This document shows positions 51,481 through 64,000 of a stretch of 64,000 bases of DNA, in pieces. The notes below the pieces were generated by a model. That model was not told where the DNA came from. It made no database searches and saw nothing but the letters and a program-made list of their open reading frames with translations. Made by a program: the position numbers and the translations under genes. Origin of the DNA: Piromyces finnis finn. Lineage: Eukaryota > Fungi > Neocallimastigomycota. The DNA lies in contig MCFH01000005.1 of the NCBI GenBank assembly GCA_002104945.1, positions 1-64,000 of the forward strand. Direction: 5' to 3'. Positions within the stretch are counted from its first letter, which is position 1, and each line of letters begins with the position of its first letter.

Positions 51481-52918
51481 GAAAAAGAAAATTATATATA
51501 AAATAAATTAAGAAATCCTTTTTTTTTTTTCTCATTCATTAGTTAAGCAACAAATGAATAATGATAAAATTATAATTAAACTCACTATTCATAAACTATA
51601 ATTAATAGAAAAAATTATATTAAATATTGTCATAGATACAAGTAAACAAAACAAAAACGAAGAGTAATAATATTAATATATTAATATAGAATACAATAAA
51701 TTAAAATATATATAAATAATACAATAAAAAAAAAGTTATAAAAGAAAAATAAACTTCATTTATGTAATTGAAAATGAAAAATAAATAAAAATAACAAACA
51801 CATAAAAATATTAAAGGAAATGATAATAAAGTATAATCATTATTCTTAATATCATTCAATTAATATACACTTCAACTTTATAAGCAAAGAAACCTTAAAA
51901 ACATTTTTATAAAAAGAAAATTTTAAAGCAGGCTCAATTTTCTTTAAAATATCTTTTAATAAAAATATATTCTTTAGAAAAAAAAAAAATAATAAAAAAA
52001 AAAAAAAAAAACTATAGAAATTAAAGAGAAATAATATAAAATTAATATAATATTAATTTTCATAAATTCTTTATAAAAAGAATATTTTTTATTTCTTTTT
52101 TTTTTAAATTGAAAAATAATTCATCAATAAAAAATTAACAAATAAATGCATACAATAATTATTTATAGTATTTTTATTATAAACATAAACTAAATTTAAA
52201 AATAAAATAAAACAAATAACAAAACAAAACAAACAAAATAAATAAATAAAAAAAGAAAAGTAAATTAAATGTTTAACAATCTTATTAAAATAATATAAAA
52301 TTATTATATATAAAATAAAGAGTAGAAATAAAAAGAGTTATCATTTATATAGTAGAATAATAATGTGATATCTTATAGACTAAAGATGGAAGAAGTAATA
52401 AAAAAATAAATAAAATAAAAATTAATAATAATAATAAAAAACTAATACACATATTATATATGATTTTTTTTTTTATTATTATTATTATTTAAAATTAATT
52501 TAAAAAATGGAGTTGTTTATATTGTTATTTTTTTTTATATAATTTTACATTGTTTTGTTATTGTTCATAAATTTATTGTTAATGGAGACAATCAATACAT
52601 TTTTAACAAATTCACACGTACTAAATCAAAAGATATAGCCAATAAGAATAGAAGGTGGTATCATTACCTAAATAAATAAAGAAAAATAAGGAATAAAAGA
52701 AAGCTTTCAATTTAAAAGGTAAGGCTATTTTAAATTTTTAAAAAAAAAGAAAGATATTTATTTACTTTTATCTTTTTAATATATATTTTATTATATAATA
52801 AGTTTTTAATATATATTTCATACTTCATTATTATTTATTATAAATATGCTTTATTTAAAATTAAATGTATATATATTAAATGAATAAATATTAAAATATT
52901 GATAATAAAAGATTAATA

Positions 52919-54223
52919 ATGAGAGAATGGAAATGTGAATCAGGTACTTTTTCTGGCTATGAAACGGAAAATTGTATTCATATAAGTGGTATAAGATATG
53001 CAAATTCAGAAAGATATGGAAAACCTGTGCCATATAAATATAACGAAAATGTTTACGAATGTAAATCCTCACCTTTTGGTATTCAATTACATTCTGTAAT
53101 GGAAAATTATATTTCAGGTGTTGAATTTGAAAAAATGGAACAAGAAGAAAATTGTCAATATTTATCAATTACCATGCCTAAAAATATTAATAAGGAAAGT
53201 AAACTTCCAGTAATGGTATTTATTCATGGTGGATCTTATAAAAATGGTGGCTGTGATTTGAAATATTATGATAGAGAACCAATGGTAAAAGAAAATCAAA
53301 TTATTCATGTTGGAATCAATTATCGTTTAGGTGTATTTGGATTTTTAAGAGATAAAAATGGAAATATGTCAAATAATGGATTGTTTGATATAATTGAAGG
53401 ATTAAAATGGATCAAGAAAAATATTTCATCATTTGGAGGTAATTCAAACAACATAACTATTTATGGTCAATCTGCTGGAGGAGATGCAGTTCGTTGTGTT
53501 ATGCTTTCAAAAGGAACTGAACAATTATACCAACGAGCTATTATTCAAAGTGATCCAATTGGAACAATGTATAATCGAGAAAATATGGAAAATAAAATGT
53601 TAGAAGAATTAAATCAACTTCCTATTGATGCTACTATTGAACAATTGAAAGAATGTCAAGCATCTATTGCAAAAAATATCACTGAAAAAGGAAATCCAAA
53701 ATACATGATTTTTGCTCCTCATTTTGGAATTGATCCACTTCCTAAGATTGAGGATATTCCTAAAAGACTCCAAGAAATTGCACCAAGTCATCCATTATTT
53801 ATAGGAAATACATCAAGAGAAGTGGCTCTTTTTATTTCATCTAATAAATTAATTAGAGGGTTGAGTAGTATATTCTTAACTAGTTGGGCTATTGAAGGCA
53901 TTATAAAAAGAATTAGTAATTCTATATATCATAATCCTACGAGTATTTTTGCAAAGCAATATGCAGATGCTGGAGGTAAAACCTATCGTTATGTATTTTC
54001 ATGGGGTGAAAATGATTCATTTGTAGGTGCAGCACATATGTCTGAACTTTCTCTTCTTTTTGGAGGCTCTGAGGTTGTAGGAAGAGATATGGGAATGGGA
54101 CTAACTGAAGAAGAAATATATAAACAAGGAAAGCCTATAAGAGAATTATGGTCTAGCTTTGCCAAAACTGGCAATTTTAAAACAATGAAGATTGATGGTG
54201 TTATTGAAATTCAAAAATTATAG
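52919..54223 (+). CDS. Type-B carboxylesterase (alpha/beta hydrolase), intronless, copy 1
   Basis: GIRYA, ENCQYL, PVMVFIHGGSY, GINYRLGVFGF, GQSAG nucleophile elbow, NTSRE (acid) and GAAHMSEL (His). No signal peptide seen. Confidence 0.92.
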   Translation: MREWKCESGTFSGYETENCIHISGIRYANSERYGKPVPYKYNENVYECKSSPFGIQLHSVMENYISGVEFEKMEQEENCQYLSITMPKNINKESKLPVMVFIHGGSYKNGGCDLKYYDREPMVKENQIIHVGINYRLGVFGFLRDKNGNMSNNGLFDIIEGLKWIKKNISSFGGNSNNITIYGQSAGGDAVRCVMLSKGTEQLYQRAIIQSDPIGTMYNRENMENKMLEELNQLPIDATIEQLKECQASIAKNITEKGNPKYMIFAPHFGIDPLPKIEDIPKRLQEIAPSHPLFIGNTSREVALFISSNKLIRGLSSIFLTSWAIEGIIKRISNSIYHNPTSIFAKQYADAGGKTYRYVFSWGENDSFVGAAHMSELSLLFGGSEVVGRDMGMGLTEEEIYKQGKPIRELWSSFAKTGNFKTMKIDGVIEIQKL

Positions 54224-54685
54224 AAATGAAATTTAATGATTTATTTAATAAAAATCATAGAATAATTATTTATAAAACAAAAAATAAAAACAGTAATAAT
54301 AATAAAAAAAATATTATTTAAAAAATTGCTAATATATATATTAAAGATTTCTCATTATGACAAAATGTTAATTTTGTTTTATTTATTATTACTTATTCAT
54401 TAATCTATATTCATATTCATATTATAGTTTATTAGATAATAAATTTACTATAATTAAATCGTATTTTTTTGATATATGTATATATAAAAGAAAAGATTAT
54501 AATTATATAATTATAATAAATATAATCTTTAATTTTTTTTTAATTTAAATGTCTCACATTTATAATTTTAATTAAAATATGAATTGAAATTATACTAGTT
54601 TCAAATAACTCTTTTTTGTCTATAAATTTAAATATATTATATAATTCTTAAAAATATATTAATATAATATAAAATAATAATCGAT

Positions 54686-55975
54686 ATGGAATGGGAATGT
54701 GAAGCAGGTACTTTTTCTGGTTTTGAAACAGAATATTGTATTAATGTTAATGGCATTCGATATGCAAATTCAGAAAGATATGGTAAACCTGTGCCATATA
54801 AATATAACGAAAATGTTTACGAATGTAAATCCTCACCTTTTGGTATTCAATTAAGATCAGCCGTTGAAAATTATGTAAGTGGTGTTGAATATGAAAACTA
54901 TCCACAAGAAGAAAATTGTCAATATTTATCAATTACCATGCCTAAAAATGTTAATAAGGAAAGTAAACTTCCAGTAATGGTATTTATTCATGGTGGATCT
55001 TTTAAAAATGGTGGTTGCGATTCCAAATTTTATGATAGAGAACCAATGGTAAAAGAAAATCAAATTATTCATGTTGGAATCAATTATCGTTTAGGTGTAT
55101 TTGGATTTTTAAGAGATAAAAATGGAAATATGTCAAATAATGGATTATTTGATATAATTGAAGGATTAAAATGGATCAAGAAAAATATTTCATCATTTGG
55201 AGGTAATCCAGACAATATTACTATCTATGGACACTCTGCCGGAGGTTATGCAGTTCGTTGTGTTATGCTTTCAAAAGGAACTGAACAATTATACCAACGA
55301 GCTATTATTCAAAGTGATCCAATTGGAACAATGTATAATCGAGAAAATATGGAAAATAAAATGTTAGAAGAATTAAATCAACTTCCTATTGATGCTACTA
55401 TTGAACAATTGAAAGAATGTCAAGGCAACATTGAAAGAAATGTCACTGAAAAAGGAAATCCAAAATACATGATTTTTGCTCCTCATTTTGGAATTGATCC
55501 ACTTCCTAAGATTGAGGATATTCCTAAAAGACTCCAAGAAATTGCACCAAGTCATCCATTATTTATAGGAAATACCACAAGAGAATGGTCTATTTATTAT
55601 GCTGCAAAAGACATATATTATGAAGATTCTGAACCTGAAATTAAAAGCATAACAAATTCTCTCTATCATGAACCTACTACTAAATTTGCTAAACAATATA
55701 AAGAAGCAGGAGGGAAAACTTATCGTTATATATTTTCATGGGATGATAAAGATTGTAGCTATAAGAATAAACGTGTTGGAGCGGCACATTTATCAGATGT
55801 TATCCTTCTTTTTGGAGGTTTTGGCACAGTTGGAAGAGAAATGACATTAAATTTATCTGAAAAAGAAATAATTGAAAAAGGAAAACCTCTAAGAGAATTA
55901 TGGGCTAATTTTGCTAAAAATGGTACTTTTAATAAAATGAAAATTGATGGCATTATTGATATCCAAAAATTATAA
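54686..55975 (+). CDS. Type-B carboxylesterase, intronless, copy 2
   Basis: Same motifs with GHSAG, NTTRE and GAAHLSDV. Tandem paralog of 52919-54223. Confidence 0.92.
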   Translation: MEWECEAGTFSGFETEYCINVNGIRYANSERYGKPVPYKYNENVYECKSSPFGIQLRSAVENYVSGVEYENYPQEENCQYLSITMPKNVNKESKLPVMVFIHGGSFKNGGCDSKFYDREPMVKENQIIHVGINYRLGVFGFLRDKNGNMSNNGLFDIIEGLKWIKKNISSFGGNPDNITIYGHSAGGYAVRCVMLSKGTEQLYQRAIIQSDPIGTMYNRENMENKMLEELNQLPIDATIEQLKECQGNIERNVTEKGNPKYMIFAPHFGIDPLPKIEDIPKRLQEIAPSHPLFIGNTTREWSIYYAAKDIYYEDSEPEIKSITNSLYHEPTTKFAKQYKEAGGKTYRYIFSWDDKDCSYKNKRVGAAHLSDVILLFGGFGTVGREMTLNLSEKEIIEKGKPLRELWANFAKNGTFNKMKIDGIIDIQKL

Positions 55976-56902
55976 TGTTATATTAATTATTAAAATGGAA
56001 CATTTTTTTTTTAAATTATAACGAAATTTAAATAAATTATTTATTTTTATTATTATAATTTCATTAATAAATAATGATAATATATATAATTATAAAAAAA
56101 AAAAATTTTAATAAATATATAGTTAAATATATTAAATAATTAAAAAAATTTTAAGAAACTTCAAAAAAGAGTTTCTTTCAATAATTATTAATTGGCATTT
56201 GACATTTAGAATTTGAATTTAAAAAATGAAAAATAAAATGTTCTATTATTAATTATTACTATACATAAAGTAATTATTACATATATAAAATATATGAAAT
56301 AAAAAAAAAATATTTATAATATATATTTAAAATATATTATTGTATATTGATAAAAAAAAAGTCTTTTTTCAGTAATTTTTTTTTTTTTTTTTTTTTTGTT
56401 TGTTTGTTTCTTTTTTTTCTTACTGATTTTTAAAAACAATTGAGATCCATTCATCTAAAAAAAAAAAAAAAATAAAAAAAAATAAAAATAAAAAATAACA
56501 ATTTTACGTTTATTTTCTTTTTCCTAAGTTATTTTAATGCGCGTTCGTAATAATAATATATAAAGTGAATTATACCACTTTATATAAGAAATGTTTTATA
56601 TATATTGTATGAGTTTAAAATATGTGCTTTTTTTTTTTTTGCAATATGCGAATGTGAATTATTTATATGCGATTTTGCTTTTGAATTTTGTATATTATAT
56701 GAATATACCGCTTATTGTGATAATAAAAATGATTTCTTTCATAAAAAATTTTATAATAAATTTTATATAATGTTAAATAATCCAAAATTATAAATTAAAA
56801 TAAATATATATTAAAAATATCATCATACAATTTCTCTTTTTTTTTTTTTTTTTTTAATTTGTTATTTTTTTTTAAAAAAAAGATATGAATTCATTGCATA
56901 TA

Positions 56903-56936
<34 letters not shown>

Positions 56937-57479
56937 AAAAAAAAAATTAAATATAAAAAAAAAGACAATTTTTTTATATTAATATTTAATGATGAATGAA
57001 TTTCAATTTTTGTTTGTTTGCTTTAATTATTTTTTTTCATATTAACATCCAATGATTTACTATGAATAAAAGTATTACTGAAATAATAATTGATTCTTAA
57101 AATAAAGAATAAATATGTTGCTAATTTTTTTTTTCAATAGATTGAAATACTAAACTATTTAAATATAGTAATAAATAAAATAATAAAACATTTATTTTTG
57201 GTCTTTTTTTCTTTTTTTTTAAAAAAAAAAATTGTATGATTCAATTTTTAATATATATAAATTTTAGTTAACTTTTATAAATATATTTGTATATTCAATC
57301 TGATTATCAATGAAATAGGCTTGTTAGTTTTGTAATTTAATAAAAATTTTGGATTAATATTATTAAAATTTTATCATAAAACTATGTCTAATAAAATTTA
57401 ATGATTTGTATTATATATGATTGTTATATTATTTTTCTTTATATTATTGTCTTTATGATTTAATATTTATGAGAATTTT

Positions 57480-60400
57480 TTAGTCAAAATAATTAAAATG
57501 TAATACACCTTTTTGTTTCTTTTTATTTTTTTCATTTAATGTATTCGTAACTGTATTTTTCTCTGTTGTATCATAAATATAATAATATTCGGAATCATCA
57601 TCACCATATTTTTTGTCCTTTTTTACGTACTCTGATGAAGAAACTGCAGTTAAGTAATCTTCTGAATTTTCTGTATATTGATTTGTAGCTTTAGATGTAA
57701 AATAATCATTATTAACAGTGCTTTTACCCTTATTTTTACTATTTACACTATTTACTTTAACCACTTCATTATTATCTACAACTATATCATTGATCGAGGT
57801 CTTTAAATTATTCTTTTTGTTCTTTGCTTTGCTTTTATTTTTTTTTATATAAACATCATCATCTTTATTTCCAGTACACTTACTAAATAAACGGAACTTT
57901 CTGTTTTTCTTTTGCTTGATATTTGATTTTTCTCCATTAGAAAAAGTTGTAGTAGTAGTAGTAGTTGTAGTAATGTATTTACATTCATCAGAATTTGGTT
58001 TTTTTGAAGTATTAGTAGTATTTGTTGTGGTAACATTCTCATATTTATCAATTATTGGTTTATTTACATTGTATTCATTTGTATTAATATTATTGTTATT
58101 TTTATTTTCATATTCATCAGTACCTAGTTTTTTGTTAATTTCTAACATTTCAACTCTGTTCTTCTCTTTTAAATCTTGAATACTTTGACTAATTTCATTT
58201 AATTTATCCATTTCTTTTTGTGCTTCTTCACTGTTTCCATTATTATGGAACAATTTAGCATTTCTTTTTATGCTTGAGCGCTTTAAGAATTCATATTTTT
58301 CAATTGATTTCATAGTAGTATTCGCCACATCTTCTAAATCATCATCGATTTCATCTTGTCCATCAATAAATAAGTCTTGCTCAATTTTTGTAGTATAATA
58401 ATCTATATCGTCAAGATTATTATTTTGTTTGGTAATATCATCCATATTCTTTATATTCTCGTGTGATATTTTAGGCATAATACTTTGATCATTGTTACTT
58501 TGATAATTAGTTTCTGTAATATAAGTAGTCATTGGAACAGAAGATTCATTAATAGTGATTGTTTGATCCATGGGAACCTTCTTATCAACGGTTGACTTAT
58601 ACATTGTTGTAATGTTGTTATTTTTATTTGTTGGGTTAGTAGATGTTGTAGTAGTGGTAGTTATGGTTTCAGTTATAGTTTCAGTTATTTTTGGTGAATA
58701 TTTTGTGTTATCGGTATTTATTTCAGAAATCTTTGGAGAATAGTTAGTTTTAAAAGTTGGTTGATAAGTAATTTTGGTTTCAGAAATGGTTTTTGGTAAA
58801 GTAGTGGTGGTATAAGTTGTTTCATTATTTTTGAAGGATGGTTGATAAGAAGTATTCTTTGGAGAGAGAGTTATGGTTTCATTAACCTTTGATTTGGTTT
58901 CACTAATCTTTGACTCATTGTTATTATTGGTTGTAGTAGTAGTGGTAATGGTTTTAATGATTTTTTTCACTACTGGACCTGAAGATGAAGAAGTGGAATT
59001 CTTCATCTTTGGTGAAGTTTTAGTAATAACCTTTTTAACGCTAGTAGACTTCGGTGATGAAGAATTTTTGTTAGTTGTAGTAGTAGTTTTTGTAGTTATA
59101 GTTTTCTTTATTGTAGTTTGGGTAGACTTTGGAGAAGCGGAAGTTGATTCTCTTTTAACATTTGGCAAAGTAACTGTAGCAACTTCATTATTATTGTCGA
59201 AGAATGGATTATTAGTTGAAGTTGTTTTATTATCAACTAAATTAGAATTAAGTAGTTCATTTTGGTAATTAGTGGTAATAATCTTGATATTTTCACTAGA
59301 ATTTGGTTTATAGATTTCAGTTGTAGTATCAACATTTGTTAATGTTTCCGTAATTGGATATACAGTTACTTCATCATTAAGAAGCGTTTTGTTCATAGTA
59401 ATATAATTATTATGAGATTCAATAATTTTTGGTTTAAAATTGGATTTTAAATTATCATCAAAGAAAATGTTTGAATCAGTAGTATTAATAGTTTCCTTAA
59501 CTATTGGCATTTCATTTGTTGTTGTTAAATTATTTGGAACATATGGTGACCAAAGAGTTTCATTAATTTCATTGTTAATAGTTTGAGCATTATTAGCTTC
59601 ATTTGGTTGACATGAAACAGATGTATTTGAATTTTGAGTATTTATAGTGCTGAAGATGTTACTATTCATATTTTTATTCAAGTTCTCTGGATCAGATTCT
59701 ATCTTTGTAGATGAAAAATTACTTAATAATAAAGGGTCTTTTTTATCGATAGCATGACCTTTTGGAATGTTGTCAAATTCTTGTTTCTTTTCATCTAAAA
59801 TTTTATCATCTATATATTTGTGAATTTTAGGATGTTGCTTAAGTAATCCACTTTCTTTTTTTAATTCTGACTGAGTTTGAGTTAATTCATTCTCAGATTT
59901 AATTGTTGGGTTGAGTGGTTGTATAACTTCTGGTTCATTATCAGAAATATTATGTAAATGTAGATTTTTCAATGTATTACCTTTTGGAACTTCGGTAGTA
60001 GTATCATAATATTCTGTAGTTTCAGTACTTGGTGATATATGATGTGAGCTAGAGTAGGATTGATGTGGTGTAATATATGGACTAGAATCTTTACTATAGG
60101 TACCTGAATTTATTTTTATTTGGGTTGGTGGATTTTGTGCACTAAAAGCATTAGGTGAGGAAGTGTTACTATTTAATAAATCTTGATTTATACGTTTTTG
60201 TTGAAGTTGAAGAATTGGCATATCATCATCACTGTCATTATCAAACTCTTTATTTTCCTTTTGCATATCTATTTGAATGGGTGATATTAAAATTTTTTCT
60301 TCTAAAAGTTTATTGTTGTTTGTTGATTGAATTGAATTAGAGTCATTAATAGTGTTACTATTACTACTATTATTATTAGATTTATTTTTTCTTGAGAAAA

Positions 60401-63400
60401 ATTTTGTAAAAGAAGAGCGTTTACTCTCTTTTTTCTTAAGACTGGCTTTATCGCTGTCACTTTTAATTGATTCTGTGCTACTCTTTGAAAAAATATTTTT
60501 TAATGGGTTTCTTCTTTTACCATCTTTATTTTCACTCTTCTTACTCTTTTGATTACGACCAAGTAACTTATCACTTTGAGGTGGTATAGATGTAGAATTT
60601 ATTTGAGAAGATGGAATCATGGAAGGAGCTTCAATATTAGTTTCATCATTTGTTGAGTATTTGGAATTTTGTGAAAGCATTGATTGACGATATATATTAT
60701 TTTTACTTGGACTATAAGTTTGGCCTATATTATTGATTGCATTTATATCATTAATTAATGTAACTTGAGAATCACGATGATTTTTTCCTGTAGAATTAAT
60801 ATTGTTTACTGGTTGAGTAAATACTTTAGATGTGGTAGTAGTCGATTCTTTTTCACCTACAATTGAATCGTGGGATATTTGATTTGGATTATCATTGATA
60901 TCTGCTTTAATAATACTACTATCAAGGATAAAAGAGGAAGATTGATCCTGTGAATTAGAAATAATGTTATTACTATTGTTATAATTCTTAAATTCACGAG
61001 AATTTAAAAGAGTTGAAATATCTGGATTGGAAAATACCGGATATTCGTTTAAATTGCATACATCATAAAGATCTGGTTGTATTTGACTTATTGATTCATC
61101 TATTTCCATACTGTCTTCAATATTATGATTAGTGTTATAAATGAGTGGATTAATTCTTTCTTTATTTCTCTTATATGTAGTACTTTTGTTATTAGGAGTA
61201 TTAATATCATTACTACTAATATTTGAAGTTAAATCGTTAAACTTTAAATTATTTTCATTATTTTGGGTTAATGAAACAATAATAGCTTGGGCCTTCATTA
61301 AAGAAAATTCAAGATTAACAATCATTTCGGATTGACGATCACAACATTTACGAAGATCATTTATTTTTTGATTTTGTTGCTGAATTTTTTGTTCATTTTT
61401 CTTTTCAATTTTTTCTTGCTTCCTATTTTGTGGCTTGGATGAGGTTTCAGTAGTTTTATTATTTTTATTTGTCTTATTCTCATCTTTATTTTCTAAACCT
61501 AATTCTTCCTTGTAATCAAGAAGACTGAATTCCTTGCCATCTTCAACTGGATCATCATCAACAATAATAGAGTTCATAATATCAGATTTAATATTTTCTA
61601 AAGTAGTATTAGCTTCTTTAATTAATCTTTCATTTTCTTCATCATTGCCATCCTTTAATGGTTGTTGAAGTTTACTTAATGCTTCAATTTTTTCCATTAA
61701 TCTAACCTGTTCTGTTTGTAAATTTTCAATATGGCGTTGTTGATCAGAAGAATATTGTTTCCAGTGATTAACTTGAGAATTTAGTGTTTCAGCAGCTTGG
61801 ACTAAATCCATCTGATAGTTATCTTCACTTTTAATATGTTGATGTTCAGTCTTGACAATTTCTTCTGCCTTACGAACAACATTTTCAGTACCTTCAGTAT
61901 TTGAAAGGGAAGAGCTGGTTTTTAAACTTTGGACATCATTACTTTGATTTTCAACTAAAACTTCTTTAAGCTTTTTGAAAATTTTATTATAGTGGTTTAA
62001 AACCTCTGCATAAATTTTATTGTCATGTTGGTTAGAAGCAAGATTAGCAAGATCATCATCACTAAATATATCAGTTAAATCGCTCTTAAAAGAATATATA
62101 TCTGATGGTACATCTTTACTGAAATTTGAAACTATATCACAGTCTTTACGAGAAGCTTCAGAGTAAGGTATGGAGGAATTGCTTAATCTCTTCTTTTCAA
62201 TTAATTTTTTTATAATTTTCTTATATTTGAGACTTTGCTTTTCAAGTTGAACCTTGTGCTTTTCTTTCTGCTTAATTTGTAATTGATAAAGCTTTTCCAT
62301 TCTTTCCTGAGCTTGATTAATTCTATCAGAGAGTTCAGCCATTTGTGCTTGAAGAGCTTCATTAATCTTTTCTTTTTCTTCTAATTGATCCTTTAAGTTA
62401 TTAATATGTTCTTCATAATTAATGACAGAATCATTCAACGATTGATTTTTGTTTTCAATTTCTTTGACCTTTTCGTTAGATTTTTTAATAATGGCATCTT
62501 TTTCATCTAATACACTAATAAGGAAGGAAAGCTTATTTTTTGAACTTTCTAATTCTCTTTCTTTATTTTTTATACTATCATTTGTATTATTAATTTGTTT
62601 ATCTTTTTCATTTAAGAGAGCGGATAAATACTCTAATTTTTCTCTTAATTCATCTATATTTTGTTGTCCTTCTTCTGTCCTTTGTTTAAGTTCTTTTTCA
62701 AACTTTTTGTATTTTTGACTATTTTTTCTACCTAAAATTTGATTTTCTTCTAATGATAACAATGTATCAGTATACTGCTTTATAATTTCCATTCTGTCCT
62801 TAATTTCAGCATCTTTAGCTTCAATAGCTTTTGTAAGAGTCTTAATTTTAGAATCTTCATGTAATTCTTCTTCAATCTTATCGACAGAAGATTCATTCCT
62901 TATTGAACATTTACTTTTTTGTTTTTCATTAGTAGTAATATTAGGCATCTTTTTAGTTTGTTCTTCGTTATGCTCAATTTTATTCTCATTATGGATAATT
63001 TTATTATTAATAATATTATCAACAAAACTTTTACTATTTCTTTCTTTAGATTCTGATGAATTCATTTTTGGAGAAATACTTGGCCTTACACTAGATATTC
63101 TACGTGGAACTAATGATGGTAATAAATAAGTTTGAGTTTGAGATTTAACTTCTGATGATTTTGGTAAATTATTAATAGATTCTGTTCCTGGAGAACTACA
63201 ATTTGATTTTGGTGAATTTGATTCTGGTGAATTTGATTCTGGTGAATTTAATTTTGGTAATCTGGTATTAGAAATTTTTATATCATTAGTAATATTATTA
63301 ATACGTTTAAGTGAAGCAGTACGAACTGGTTTTTCATTAGTAATTTTTTTTGTAATTGGTTTATCATTATTAATTACAGTATTTTCAGTAATAATAGTCT

Positions 63401-63988
63401 TTTTAATAATACTTGGTTTTTGTATCACCTTGGTTTCAACAGTTGGTTCTAATATCTCATCATCTTCAATTAATGAATCATTTATAAATCCATTTGACTT
63501 TATTGTAGTAGTACTAGTACAAATGGTTTTATTAGTGTCTATGGGTTTTCTTTTGGAAACTGTTATTGTTTCTGTATTGATAGTAATAATTCTTTTCTTA
63601 CCACCGGTTGGTTCATTAACAACTTCTTCAGTTACAACTGGCTCACAATAAGTTTTTTCAGTAACAATTTGTTCTCCGTTTTCAATAGATGATTCTGATT
63701 TGATAATTGTTTGTTCAGTAGTTATTGGAAGAATATTAGAGGTTGATTCATCATTAATACCTTCCATTGCCTTAATTACCTCTTGTGAGTCTTCTTCAAA
63801 GATTGTTTCAAGGTAATCGATATCATTTGAATAATTCATTATTTCATTTTTTGGTTCGTTAATAATATATTCTTTACTTGAAGATTCATCTTCTTCATCT
63901 GAAGAATCCTTAAGATCTCCTGAAACTGACACATATGGAACAGTAAATTTTGTAACAGCTGGTGCAGCTTTTGGAGTAACATCATCAT
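57480..63988 (-). CDS. Final ~6.5 kb exon of a very large coiled-coil/low-complexity protein; 5' part lies outside the window
   Basis: The open frame continues upstream of the called GTG start to an acceptor (aaacag|) at about 63989. It has heptad-rich coiled-coil segments, Thr/Ser-rich regions and SPESN-SPESN-SPKSN repeats. No family was recognised. Confidence 0.7.
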
Positions 63989-64000
63989 CTGTTTTAAAAA

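Noticed and set aside
56530-56720. Slightly GC-richer patch with GCGCGT and repeated ATATGCGA
   Set aside because: It lies between two converging gene ends, with no clear RNA fold, snoRNA boxes or promoter context recognisable by eye.

Overview
Extremely AT-rich, intron-rich eukaryotic DNA, most likely from an anaerobic gut fungus (Neocallimastigomycota). This is inferred from the base composition, short GT-AG introns, CBM18 modules and a beta-helix/EGF/class-C-GPCR gene. Joining exons by hand gives about 15 protein-coding genes: an orphan 7TM protein, a class C-like GPCR, CTF8, a SAMHD1-like HD protein, PIG-B/GPI10, SPO11, Rac, signal peptide peptidase, SPF30/SMNDC1, paxillin, a secreted metallophosphoesterase-CBM18 fusion, SEC12, two tandem intronless carboxylesterases and a 5'-truncated giant coiled-coil gene. 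The main result is a ~17-exon SPO11 gene (23057-26883, minus strand) that the ORF track misses, with all catalytic motifs intact. One of its introns (24168-24269) is not GT-AG: it starts ATATCCTTT, carries a U12-like branch site and ends in AC, i.e. a minor-spliceosome (U12) AT-AC intron. No prokaryotic features, CRISPR arrays, rRNA or tRNA genes were recognised. All gene models are manual and unverified by transcript data.
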